This document shows, piece after piece, positions 1 through 11,466 of a DNA stretch of 64,000 bases. Each line of letters starts with the position of its first letter. The first letter of the stretch is position 1. The notes beneath the pieces are model-generated. The model was not told the DNA's origin and searched no databases. It worked only from the letters and a program-made list of their open reading frames with translations. Position numbers and translations under genes: made by a program. The stretch is taken from assembly GCA_947426525.1 (NCBI GenBank), contig CANEEJ010000003.1, positions 8,241 through 72,240 on the forward strand, in the 5' to 3' direction. This stretch comes from an uncultured Clostridium sp. (lineage in GTDB: Bacteria; Bacillota; Clostridia; TANB77; CAG-508).

Positions 1-829
1 CATTATATCTTCGGTTCATTCTTACTAATGTTTCGTTACATCCACTTTGTAAAGATAAATGAAAATGATGGCATATTTTTTCTAATTTCACTAGTCTTTT
101 TACGAATTCTTCTGTTATTAGAAGTGGTTCAATGGAGCCTAATCGAATTCTTTCAATTCCTTTTATTTGATTAATTTCTTCTAGCAAATCGATTAGTCTA
201 TATTCTTCTTTAAAGTCTTTTCCATAAGAAGCTATGTGAATTCCTGTGATAACGACTTCTTTGATGCCTTTTTGCGAGATTTTTTCTATTTCTTCTATAA
301 CATTTTCTGGTCTTCTACTTCTTACTCTTCCTCTCGCATATGGAATAATACAATAAGAACAAAATCTGTCACATCCGTCTTGCACTTTTATGACTGCTCT
401 TGTTTTTTCAGTATAGGTTGTTTCTCCTAATTCCACATATTCTTTTTGATGCATAACATCTTGTATTTCAATTGGTTTGTGTCTTTCTTTCCTATATTTT
501 TCAATAATTTGTACAATTTCCTTTTTTTCATTGTTTCCTACTGCTAAATCAATTTCTTCTATTTTTTCTATTTCTTCTTTCGCTACTTGTACATAACATC
601 CACAAGCAACTACTATAGCTTCTTTATTTTGCTCTTTCACCCTTCTTAACATTTGCCTAGATTTTCTATCTGATATATTAGTGACAGTACATGTATTTAC
701 AATATAAATATCTGCTTTTTCTGTTTCTTCTACTATTTTATAGTCTTCTTGCATAAATTTTTGAATCATGCTATTAGTTTCATATTGATTCACTTTACAT
801 CCAAGTGTGATAAATGCTACTTTTTTCAT
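1..829 (-). CDS. mtaB: MiaB/MtaB-family radical-SAM tRNA methylthiotransferase, N-terminal ~276 aa (3' end runs off the window)
   Basis: Absent from the ORF track because it is open at the window edge. Reverse translation from ATG at 829 gives MKKVAFITLGCKVNQYE... with the radical-SAM motif VQDGCDRFCSYCIIPYARG. Confidence 0.75.
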   Translation of the reverse strand, partial: MKKVAFITLGCKVNQYETNSMIQKFMQEDYKIVEETEKADIYIVNTCTVTNISDRKSRQMLRRVKEQNKEAIVVACGCYVQVAKEEIEKIEEIDLAVGNNEKKEIVQIIEKYRKERHKPIEIQDVMHQKEYVELGETTYTEKTRAVIKVQDGCDRFCSYCIIPYARGRVRSRRPENVIEEIEKISQKGIKEVVITGIHIASYGKDFKEEYRLIDLLEEINQIKGIERIRLGSIEPLLITEEFVKRLVKLEKICHHFHLSLQSGCNETLVRMNRRYN

Positions 830-929
830 TTTTTATACCTTTCTTCTATTTTCTAGAAAAGGACACCTTATAAAGATGCCCTTTTCATTTTTTTGCTTCT
901 CTTATTTTTAATTTAAGATATGTCCCCAA

Positions 930-947
930 TTGCTCCAAAAGGAGCAA
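930..947 (-). terminator. Short hairpin TTGCTCC-AAAA-GGAGCAA just downstream of the mreB stop, flanked by GGGAC words
   Basis: 7-bp inverted repeat seen directly in the sequence. There is no clear T-run, so it is weak as an intrinsic terminator. Confidence 0.35.
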
Positions 948-959
948 AAAGAAACGTCC

Positions 960-2007
<1,048 letters not shown>

Positions 2008-2140
2008 TTACAATTATATTACAACCTTTCCAATTTATCAAGGCTTTTCATTGAATTTTTTATTTTTTTGTATTATAATATTAATTGTTAATGGTCAATC
2101 TAGGACAGGCACAACTTGACCATTCATAGAGGAGGTATTT

Positions 2141-2608
2141 ATGAGCCATTTTCAATTTCTTTCAAAAAGTGAAAATGATACAAAAAATTTTGCCAAACAA
2201 CTTGCTTCTGTTTTAAAAAAACAAGATGTAATCGTTCTTACTGGCGACTTAGGGTCTGGCAAAACAAAATTTGCAGAAGGTATCTTGAGTTATTGGGGGT
2301 TAGAGAATGAAATTTCTAGTCCTACATTTACTATTGTAAATGAGTATCAAAAAAATGATGTTAATATCTATCATTTTGATGTTTATCGTTTAGAAGATTC
2401 TTCTGAATTTTACGAAATTGGTGGAGAAGAATATTTTGAAAATGGTATTTGCCTAATTGAATGGGGCGAATTAATCGAAGATGCTTTGCCAAAAGATTAT
2501 CTCCACATTACTTTTTCCAAAGATATTTCCAATGAAACAATTCGCGTTTTAAATATAGATACTAATTTAAAGAAATGGGAGGATTATTTTGAAAATATTA
2601 AGTATTGA
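2141..2608 (+). CDS. tsaE: tRNA t6A37 biosynthesis ATPase TsaE
   Basis: 155 aa with P-loop GDLGSGKTKF and a typical TsaE/YjeE layout, immediately upstream of tsaB. Confidence 0.85.
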   Translation: MSHFQFLSKSENDTKNFAKQLASVLKKQDVIVLTGDLGSGKTKFAEGILSYWGLENEISSPTFTIVNEYQKNDVNIYHFDVYRLEDSSEFYEIGGEEYFENGICLIEWGELIEDALPKDYLHITFSKDISNETIRVLNIDTNLKKWEDYFENIKY

Positions 2609-3708
2609 TACAGCCAGCAACGTTTGTGGTGTTTCTATTTTAGAAAATACAAATTTAATTTGTCAATTAGATCAAAACACAGGAAGGACACACTCTGAAA
2701 ATTTAATGCCAATGATTGAACAAGCTTTTAATCAATCCAATTTATCTTTAAACGATATTGATTTACTCGTTTGTGATAAAGGACCTGGTTCTTTTACTGG
2801 TATTCGTATTGGAATTGCCACTATAAAAGCTTTTCATGACAGTTTAGAAATTCCTTGTGTTGGTGTTAATTCTTTACAAGCTCTTGCCTATTCTATAAAA
2901 GAAAATGGTTACATTGTTAGTATTTTAGATTGTAAAAATGATAATTGCTACTTTGCTTTATACGAATTAAAAGATAGTAAATACTTAGAAATTATTGCTC
3001 CCCGCGCAGATACTATTGAGAGTGCCTTAAGGTTATGCCAAGAAAAAATTATGGTTAACACTTCTATTACTTTTGTCGGAGATGGTTCTGTTATATTTCA
3101 AGAACCAATTAGCCATACCTTTAAAAATTGTATTTTTGCCACACCAGAAAACAATCTTTTAAATTCTTACTATGTTGCTTTAGCTGGACTTCATAGATTT
3201 CAAGAAATAAAGTCTGAAGATATCTTACCTTTGTATTTAAAAAAGCCACAAGCACAAAGACAACTAGAAGAAAAATTTAAAGGCACTGAAATCTCTCCTA
3301 TGACTTTAGCAGACTTAGAAGAAATCTCGTCTATTTTAATTTCTGATTTTGACGAATTTTGGTCTTATGATTTGTTAAAAAGTGAATTAAATGCTGAAAA
3401 TTCGGATTACCTAATTGCTAAGTTTAATCAAAAAATTGTTGGATTTGCTGGTATAAAAAATATGGTTGACCAAGCTGATATTATGAATATTGTAGTAAAA
3501 AAAGACTTCCGAAATCAGGGTATTGCTACTCAACTACTAAAAAATCTAATCCTTTTAGCAAAAGAAAAAAATCAAACTACAATTATGCTAGAAGTAATGG
3601 AAGAAAATTATCCTGCCATTCATTTATATAAAAAATTCCGGTTTTAAACAAATTGGTATTCGAAAAAATTATTATCAAGATAAAAATGCACTCATTATGA
3701 AAAAATAA
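2589..3708 (+). CDS. tsaB: TsaB fused in one ORF to a RimI-type GNAT acetyltransferase; the C-terminus is restored by a +1 shift at in-frame CGG (3639..3641)
   Basis: N-terminus MKILSIDTASNVCGVSILEN is TsaB-like. The C-terminal half (QNKIVGFAGI...RNQGIATQLL) is GNAT-like. The 0-frame reads TTC CGG TTT TAA, while skipping the C gives GFKQIGIRKNYYQDKNALIMKK*, a typical RimI ending. Confidence 0.8.
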
Positions 3709-3720
3709 AACAGTGAGGAG

Positions 3721-3753
3721 TGAGACGGTTAGGGACAGGTCTTGACTGTCTCA
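3721..3753 (+). repeat. Family-A REP/terminator-like element TGAGACGGTTAGGGACAGGTCTTGACTGTCTCA followed by a T-run
   Basis: 33-nt element with 8-bp terminal pairing (TGAGACGG/CTGTCTCA). Near-identical copies lie at 3802, 50150 and 58834. Confidence 0.8.
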
Positions 3754-3801
3754 TTTTTTATTTTTAATTTTCAATTAATTGAAATGTTTTTATAAAAAAA
3801 A

Positions 3802-3834
3802 TGAGACAGTCAAGACCTGTCCCCAACCGTCTCA
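3802..3834 (-). repeat. Family-A element, inverted copy; with 3721..3753 it forms a large inverted repeat between convergent rimI and obg
   Basis: The sequence TGAGACAGTCAAGACCTGTCCCCAACCGTCTCA is the reverse complement of the 3721 copy with 1 mismatch. Confidence 0.8.
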
Positions 3835-3841
3835 AAAGATT

Positions 3842-5146
<1,305 letters not shown>

Positions 5147-5172
5147 TTATTCTTTCTTATTTATCTTCTTAT

Positions 5173-5212
5173 AAACCGATGTTTTTTGACCCCGTCCCAA
5201 AAAACATCAGTC
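5173..5212 (-). repeat. Family-B hairpin element (14-bp stem ACYGATGTTTTTTG / CAAAAAACATCGGT, loop GGGACGGGGT) overlapping the trpS stop codon
   Basis: Inverted repeat read directly from the sequence. A ~90% identical copy in the opposite orientation lies at 44025..44064. Confidence 0.75.
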
Positions 5213-6217
5213 AAAATAATCTAATTTCATCGCTTGTTTTACTTTTTTCATAGTTTGTTTTGCTACTTCTTGTGCTTTTTGAGTTCCTTCCATTAGGATT
5301 TTATCGACTTCTTCTGGATGTGCTTCGTAATATTCTCTTTTTTCTCTAATTGGTCGCAATTCTTCTATAATGTTTTTGGCTAATTGTTTTTTACATGCTA
5401 CACATCCTCTTTTTCCTGCTTTGCATTCTTCGCATACTGTTTTTATCTCTTCTTGACTACTAAATAAGTTGTGATAATATGCTACCATACATATATCAGG
5501 ATTTCCTAAATCGTCTTTTTTTATACGATTTGGGTCTGTTACTGCACTCATTACTTTTTTAGTGATTTCTTCTTCGCTGTCTGATAAGTAAATAGCATTT
5601 CCTAATGATTTTCCCATTTTTTCATTTCCATCTAACCCTTTAATTCTTTTTTGATTGGATAGAACTGCTTCTGGTTCTATCAATACTTCGCCATAAATAC
5701 TATTGAATTTTCTTACAATTTCTCTACATTGTTCGATTAATGGTAATTGATCTTCTCCTACTGGTATGTATTTTCCTTCAAATGCCGTGATATCTGCTGC
5801 TTGACTTACTGGATATCCTAAAAAACCATAAGTTACACTTTCTCCAAAAATTTCTCTTTTTTGTGCAATTTCTGTTTTTACAGTTGGATTTCTTTCTAAT
5901 CTTGCTATGGTTACTAGATTGGAGTAAAATACTGTTAATTCTGCTACTTCTGGTATCATAGATTGAATATAAATTGTTGTTTTTTTCGGGTCAATTCCAA
6001 CAGATAAATAGTCAATTGCTACTTCTCTTACATTTTTTCTTACTTTTTCTGGATTATTAAAATTGTCAGTTAATGCTTGTACATCAGCAATTAAAATATA
6101 AGGATCATATTCTCCACTATTTTGTAGCTCTACTCTTTTTTTCAAAGAACCGAAATAATGACCAATATGTAATTTTCCAGTTGGTCTATCTCCTGTTAGA
6201 ATTCTTTTTTTCTCCAT
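5207..6217 (-). CDS. trpS: Tryptophan--tRNA ligase
   Basis: 336 aa with class-I HIGH (GKLHIGHY) and KMSKS-like (KMGKS) motifs. Confidence 0.95.
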   Translation of the reverse strand: MEKKRILTGDRPTGKLHIGHYFGSLKKRVELQNSGEYDPYILIADVQALTDNFNNPEKVRKNVREVAIDYLSVGIDPKKTTIYIQSMIPEVAELTVFYSNLVTIARLERNPTVKTEIAQKREIFGESVTYGFLGYPVSQAADITAFEGKYIPVGEDQLPLIEQCREIVRKFNSIYGEVLIEPEAVLSNQKRIKGLDGNEKMGKSLGNAIYLSDSEEEITKKVMSAVTDPNRIKKDDLGNPDICMVAYYHNLFSSQEEIKTVCEECKAGKRGCVACKKQLAKNIIEELRPIREKREYYEAHPEEVDKILMEGTQKAQEVAKQTMKKVKQAMKLDYFD

Positions 6218-6434
6218 TCTTTTTTCTCTCCTTTTTCTTAACCGTTTTTTCTATGCTTTCTATTTTACCACATTTTTCCGTTTTTGTATATACTAAATCA
6301 TAGAAAAAGTTGATATATAAAATATATCAACCTACTTTTAGTATTTTTTCTTCTAATTCTTCTTGTGTATCTTCTAATTTACTAATTCTATATTCATGCT
6401 CTTTATTCTGTATATTTATTTTTCTTATATCTTT

Positions 6435-6647
6435 TTACATCTCTATTAAGGTGTTTTGAAATTTTTCGTCTCTTCTTTCTTGCATAATTACGATTTGTTG
6501 TAATTCTTCTGCTATTTCTCTACTTTGTTGACTTATTTTACTATCTAGCTCTTCTCGTAATTCTTGTTTCATATCTTGCATCTCTTCATGTAATTCAACT
6601 TTTACTCCTCTAACTTCTTCAAGAATAGTCTGTAAAATATTTTCCAT
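6435..6647 (-). CDS. Hypothetical coiled-coil protein (~70 aa from the ATG preceded by GGAGGTG)
   Basis: ORF 6435..6713; the internal start MENILQ... has a strong RBS. The composition is charged and heptad-like. Confidence 0.45.
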   Translation of the reverse strand: MENILQTILEEVRGVKVELHEEMQDMKQELREELDSKISQQSREIAEELQQIVIMQERRDEKFQNTLIEM

Positions 6648-6761
6648 CTTTTCTCTCACCTCCATTGAAGAGATTATACAAAAAAAGAGATAGCTTGTCA
6701 ATTTATAAAACAATCTTTACCTATTGATTAACCAGCTATTTCTCACTTATTTTTACTTTTT

Positions 6762-7394
6762 CTACATTTCTTTTACTTTTTCTTGTGTTTTTCTTTCTTT
6801 AAAATTTTCACAAATTTCTTCTAATCTTCTTAGTTCTTCTCTTGGATAATCTTCTCTATTTTTAGCACGACTTAATTTAGCTTGCAAAAATTTATCATAA
6901 TATTCAATTGGCTCATTTTCTTCTAAATAATTCAATTGTAATACTGTTTTATACACTTCTTGTGTCCATTTATGTGGTGGCTCTTGACTTGTTATATAAT
7001 TTTGATAAGCATAAATATATTCAAATTCCTTTGTGCAAAAAATTCCTCTTTTAAATTTTTGAAATATCCCTCGTTCATCTAATTGTTTTACTTTATTAAA
7101 AACTTGTTGTTTAATTCGTTCCCTTTCTTCTTGCGTAATTTCATTCTTATAGTTTCCTGGCTCTTTTATTAAATCCACAAATTTGTATATTTGTTCCCAA
7201 TTTCTACTTGTTTTTTCAATTAAGTTTCTAAATTTTTCTTTTATGGTTGGTTGGTCTGCGTCATTTGGAATATTTAAATATTTTATATTTAAGTCGTGAT
7301 TGGTATAGAAAATAATTCCTTCTAATAATACTTCTCTATTTTCTAGTCCATAGAAAAAATATCTTTTAAAAAGTTTCTCATTGAAATTTTCCAT
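6762..7394 (-). CDS. Hypothetical protein (210 aa)
   Basis: Long ORF in backbone composition with no recognisable motif. Confidence 0.5.
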   Translation of the reverse strand: MENFNEKLFKRYFFYGLENREVLLEGIIFYTNHDLNIKYLNIPNDADQPTIKEKFRNLIEKTSRNWEQIYKFVDLIKEPGNYKNEITQEERERIKQQVFNKVKQLDERGIFQKFKRGIFCTKEFEYIYAYQNYITSQEPPHKWTQEVYKTVLQLNYLEENEPIEYYDKFLQAKLSRAKNREDYPREELRRLEEICENFKERKTQEKVKEM

Positions 7395-7411
7395 TTACTA
7401 TCAACTTCCCT

Positions 7412-8353
7412 TTACTCTCCATCTACATTTATTTTTTTATCAATAATATATTGAGGTCTATTTCTAGTTTCATCATAGATTCTAGCAATATACTCTGAAA
7501 TAATCCATATAGATAATAGTTGTACTCCGCTAAATAGAGTAATGGCAATCATAATAGATGTCCATCCTGGCGTTAAATTATTTAATTTAAATATATAAGA
7601 AATTAAGGAATAAACCAAAATTCCTATTGACAAAATGATTGTTAAAAATCCTAGTCCTCCTATGATTTTTAATGGTTTTGTTGAAAAACTTATAATTCCA
7701 TCTGATGCTAATTTTAACATTTTCTTTAATGGATATTTTGTTTTTCCTGCATATCTTTCTTGTCTTTCATATTCATATGGTGTTTGTTTAAATCCTACCC
7801 AACTAAATAAACCTCTTAAGAATTTATTATGCTCTGGCATGCTATTTACAACATCTACTACTTTTCTGTCTACTAATCTAAAATCTCCTGTATCTTTTGG
7901 AATTTCCACATCAGATAGACTATTTAATGTTTTATAAAACATTTTAGCTGTTAATAATTTAAAAGCTGATTCCCCTTTTCTTGTTTTTCTTTTTCCATAA
8001 ATGATTTCATTTCCTTCTTCCCAGTATTTTAACATATCTGGTATTAGTTCTGGTGGATCTTGAAGATCTGCATCAATGATTACTACTGCATCTCCAGTAA
8101 CTTCTTTAATTCCTGCTGTTACAGCTGCTTGATGCCCAAAATTTCTTGAAAAAGATATAATCTTTACATTTCTATCTTCTTCCGCTATTTTCTCTAAAAT
8201 TTCTAATGTTTTATCTTTGCTTCCATCATTTACAAAAATAATTTCATATTCATAATTTTCTATATTTTTTAATATTCCTACTACACGATTATAACATTCT
8301 TGTGCTACTTCTTCTTCATAATACATTGGTATAACAAGTGATATCTTTTTCAT
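7412..8353 (-). CDS. GT2 polyprenyl-phosphate glycosyltransferase (GtrB/CsbB/ArnC-like) with 2 C-terminal TM helices
   Basis: Motifs VIPMYYEE, FVNDGSKD, IIDADLQDPPE and DFRLVDRKVV, followed by two hydrophobic helices. Confidence 0.85.
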   Translation of the reverse strand: MKKISLVIPMYYEEEVAQECYNRVVGILKNIENYEYEIIFVNDGSKDKTLEILEKIAEEDRNVKIISFSRNFGHQAAVTAGIKEVTGDAVVIIDADLQDPPELIPDMLKYWEEGNEIIYGKRKTRKGESAFKLLTAKMFYKTLNSLSDVEIPKDTGDFRLVDRKVVDVVNSMPEHNKFLRGLFSWVGFKQTPYEYERQERYAGKTKYPLKKMLKLASDGIISFSTKPLKIIGGLGFLTIILSIGILVYSLISYIFKLNNLTPGWTSIMIAITLFSGVQLLSIWIISEYIARIYDETRNRPQYIIDKKINVDGE

Positions 8354-8355
8354 TT

Positions 8356-8847
8356 TTACTTCCTTCTCTCTTTTCTTTTTCTAAATACAATTAATTTGCT
8401 AAAAATATAATTTACAATAACTACCATTATTTGTGTTACTATTTTTGCTACTATGTCGTTTATATTCATCACTTTTACCATAATAGCAAAAGTTCCTACA
8501 TCACATAAAATTCCAGACAATATTCTAGCTGCAAAAAAAGATATACATTCTATAATTAATGCTTTTTTGGTATTGGTTTTACTGTCAAATACAAATAACT
8601 TATTGGTTATATAAGCAAATAAAACCGAACAAAACCATGCAAACGCACTACTTAATACTTCCTCTATTCCTAACATTTTGGTAAATACGAAATAAGAGAA
8701 AAAGTTAACAATTGTTGTTAACCCTCCAAATACTAAATAATTGATTATTTCTCTATATTGAAGATATAATCCTTGGATTGTTTTCAAATTGATATCTTTA
8801 ATCTTTAATTGATTCCATTTAATTTTTTCTACTTCTTGCTTTTCCAT
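8356..8847 (-). CDS. GtrA-family membrane protein (putative lipid-linked sugar flippase component)
   Basis: 163 aa with 4 TM helices and the pattern FGGLTTIVNF...; it sits next to the GtrB-like gene. Confidence 0.7.
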   Translation of the reverse strand: MEKQEVEKIKWNQLKIKDINLKTIQGLYLQYREIINYLVFGGLTTIVNFFSYFVFTKMLGIEEVLSSAFAWFCSVLFAYITNKLFVFDSKTNTKKALIIECISFFAARILSGILCDVGTFAIMVKVMNINDIVAKIVTQIMVVIVNYIFSKLIVFRKRKERRK

Positions 8848-8859
8848 TCTTCTTTTCCT

Positions 8860-9801
8860 CTATATATCAAATAATTCTCCTAATGGTCTTTCTTCATTAA
8901 TACGTTGAATTGTCTCTGCAAATAATGGTGCTATCGATAATACCGTTAAATTGTCAATTCTTTTTTCTTCTGGTACTGGAACCGTATTGGTTACTACCAT
9001 TTCTTTAATACCTGAATTTTTAATTCTTTCAATTGCTGGACCTGATAAAATCCCATGTGTTCCACCAGCATAAATATTTTTAGCACCAAATTTTTGTAAT
9101 ACTCTTACTGTTTCCATCATAGAACCTGCTGTTGCAATTTCATCATCAAATATAACAGCATTTTTATCTTTTACGTCTCCAATAATTGTTCCTGCAATTG
9201 CTCTGTCGTCATTGGCATCTCTTCTTTTATCTACTAAAGCAATTGGGCAATTAAAAAATTCAGAATATTTATAAGCTTTTTTTGAACTTCCTGCATCAGT
9301 TGCTACAATTACCATATCTTCTAAATTCTTTTCTTTGAAATATTCTTCTAATAAATATTCTGCTGTTAGTCTATCACAATTAATATTAAAATATGCTTGT
9401 ATTGCTGGATTGTGTAAATCACATGTAATCACTCTTGTGGCTCCTGCTGCTTCTAAAAGTTGTGCCATTAATTTAGCAGTAATTGGTATACGTGGTTGAT
9501 CCTTTTTATCTGACCTAGAATATGGAAAATAAGGAATTACTACATTGATATTTTTAGCAGATGCTCTTTTAATAGCATCTATGGTTATTAACAGTTCCAT
9601 AATTCTTTCATTAACTGGTGGTTGGCATGTTTGTACTACATACACGTCCTTTTGTCTTACTGTTTCCATTATTTGCACAAAATTATTATCATTGGAAAAT
9701 TTTTGGTGTTTAACTTTTCCCATTTCTATTCCTAAGCAGTCACAAATTTCCTTTGTAAATTCTTCTGCTGTTGGACAAGCAAATATCTTAATATTATTCA
9801 T
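8860..9801 (-). CDS. prs: Ribose-phosphate pyrophosphokinase
   Basis: 313 aa with DLHNPAIQAYF and the PRPP-binding loop VIFDDEIATAGSM. Confidence 0.9.
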   Translation of the reverse strand: MNNIKIFACPTAEEFTKEICDCLGIEMGKVKHQKFSNDNNFVQIMETVRQKDVYVVQTCQPPVNERIMELLITIDAIKRASAKNINVVIPYFPYSRSDKKDQPRIPITAKLMAQLLEAAGATRVITCDLHNPAIQAYFNINCDRLTAEYLLEEYFKEKNLEDMVIVATDAGSSKKAYKYSEFFNCPIALVDKRRDANDDRAIAGTIIGDVKDKNAVIFDDEIATAGSMMETVRVLQKFGAKNIYAGGTHGILSGPAIERIKNSGIKEMVVTNTVPVPEEKRIDNLTVLSIAPLFAETIQRINEERPLGELFDI

Positions 9802-9826
9802 TTCTTTCTACCTCTCTTTTTCTATT

Positions 9827-10600
9827 TTATAATTCTTCTGCAAAACCTTTTTGTAGTTTCTTAAAAATAAAGTATCCTACTATTGTTAGTACAATTGAAA
9901 TGATTGCTAGTAATCCTAATGCTTTTAGATTTGGCATTTGTTGATAATAAAAAATATCTCGATAAGCATTAATTAAATGTGTCATTGGATTTAGTTGCAT
10001 TACAACTTGTAAATTAGCTGGCAATTGCTCTAATTTGTAAACAATTGGTGTTCCATAAAAAGCTGCCATTAACACAACGCCTATGATATGCTCTAAATCT
10101 CTAAAATATACCGTAATGGAAGATACAATAAAAGATATTCCTAGTAACAACACATATTGTATTAGAAGAATAACTGGATATAATACAATATATTTTGTAA
10201 TGCCAAGTCCTGCAAATAATACAAAAGCTAATATAATAATAGTTGAGATAACAAAGTTAACAGCTCCACTTGTTACTACTGATATTGGTAATATTTCTCT
10301 TGGGAAATATACTTTTTTAATAATATCTCCATTTCCTATAATCGTAAACGCTGACTGGGTTATTGCTGTTGTAAAGTATGTCCATGGTATCAACGCAACA
10401 CAGATATAAATATGATAAGTTGGGTCGCCTCCTGCTAATAAAGCTCCAAATATAACAGCATATACTGCTAATTGTAATAATGGATTTAAAAATGACCACA
10501 TTACACCTAAAATTGAATTCTTATATCTTCCCCTTATTTCCTTTTTTACATTTGTTTTTAATAATTCTCGATATTGATAAATTTTTTGAAATATATTCAT
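9827..10600 (-). CDS. ABC-2 type polysaccharide/teichoic-acid export permease (TagG/Wzm-like)
   Basis: 257 aa with 6 TM helices and an ABC-2 N-terminal pattern (LKTNVKKEIRGRYKNSILGVMWSFLNP). Confidence 0.8.
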   Translation of the reverse strand: MNIFQKIYQYRELLKTNVKKEIRGRYKNSILGVMWSFLNPLLQLAVYAVIFGALLAGGDPTYHIYICVALIPWTYFTTAITQSAFTIIGNGDIIKKVYFPREILPISVVTSGAVNFVISTIIILAFVLFAGLGITKYIVLYPVILLIQYVLLLGISFIVSSITVYFRDLEHIIGVVLMAAFYGTPIVYKLEQLPANLQVVMQLNPMTHLINAYRDIFYYQQMPNLKALGLLAIISIVLTIVGYFIFKKLQKGFAEEL

Positions 10601-10615
10601 GTTTCTTCTCCTTAC

Positions 10616-11362
10616 TTATGTTGTTACTTTTAGATATTCATCTACTACTTCTTTTGTATTTCCATCCATTCTTACTTTTCCTTCATAAAGCCAAACTGCT
10701 CTATCACATAGATTTTTTACAGATTCCATACTATGAGTAACAAATACCATTGTTTTTCCTTCTTTTTTTAGCTCTCTCATTTTGTTAAAACATTTTTCTT
10801 GAAAATGTTGATCCCCTACTGATAAAATCTCATCAATTAATAGAATTTCTGCATCTACATTGATGGCTACTGAAAAAGCTAAACGCATATACATTCCAGA
10901 TGAATACGTTCTTACTGGGTTATCAATAAAATCTTTTAATTCTGAAAATTCAATAATTTGGTCTAATCTTTCATCTATTTCCTTTTTGGTTAATCCAAAA
11001 ATAGAAGAATTAAAATAGATATTTTCTCTACCAGAAAAATCTGGATGGAAACCTGCCCCTAATTCCAATAAAGAGGTTAATTTTCCTTTTGTTTCAATGG
11101 TTCCTTTATTGGGAAAAATAATTTGTGTCATTAATTTTAATAAAGTTGATTTTCCACTTCCATTTACCCCTATTAAGGCTACTGTCTCCCCTTTTTTTAT
11201 ATCTAAATTAATATCATTTAAAACTTCTCTTTTTTCTCTTCTTTTATTTCTTGCAAAAAATAGCATTCTTTCTTTTAAAGTATTTGCTCTATCATAATAA
11301 ATATTAAAATTTTTATAGACATGGTCTACTTTAATTGCAATATCATTATCTGTTTCTTTCAT
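10616..11362 (-). CDS. ABC exporter ATP-binding protein (TagH/Wzt-like)
   Basis: Walker A GVNGSGKST, signature YSSGMYMRLAF and Walker B ILLIDE. Confidence 0.85.
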   Translation of the reverse strand: MKETDNDIAIKVDHVYKNFNIYYDRANTLKERMLFFARNKRREKREVLNDINLDIKKGETVALIGVNGSGKSTLLKLMTQIIFPNKGTIETKGKLTSLLELGAGFHPDFSGRENIYFNSSIFGLTKKEIDERLDQIIEFSELKDFIDNPVRTYSSGMYMRLAFSVAINVDAEILLIDEILSVGDQHFQEKCFNKMRELKKEGKTMVFVTHSMESVKNLCDRAVWLYEGKVRMDGNTKEVVDEYLKVTT

Positions 11363-11466
11363 CTTTCTACTCCTTTACTTTTATGTATGTTGATTATATC
11401 TATTTTTTCTTTTATTGTCAATTCTAAAACTTTAATTTTATTCAAATAGAAAGAAAAGTTCAGCTC

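Noticed and set aside
6218-6434. T-box riboswitch upstream of trpS
   Set aside because: No AGGGTGGTACC-like T-box core and no Stem I features. Instead there is a terminator-like palindrome (GTTGATATATTTTATATATCAAC, ~6308..6330) followed by a promoter close to the RBS.
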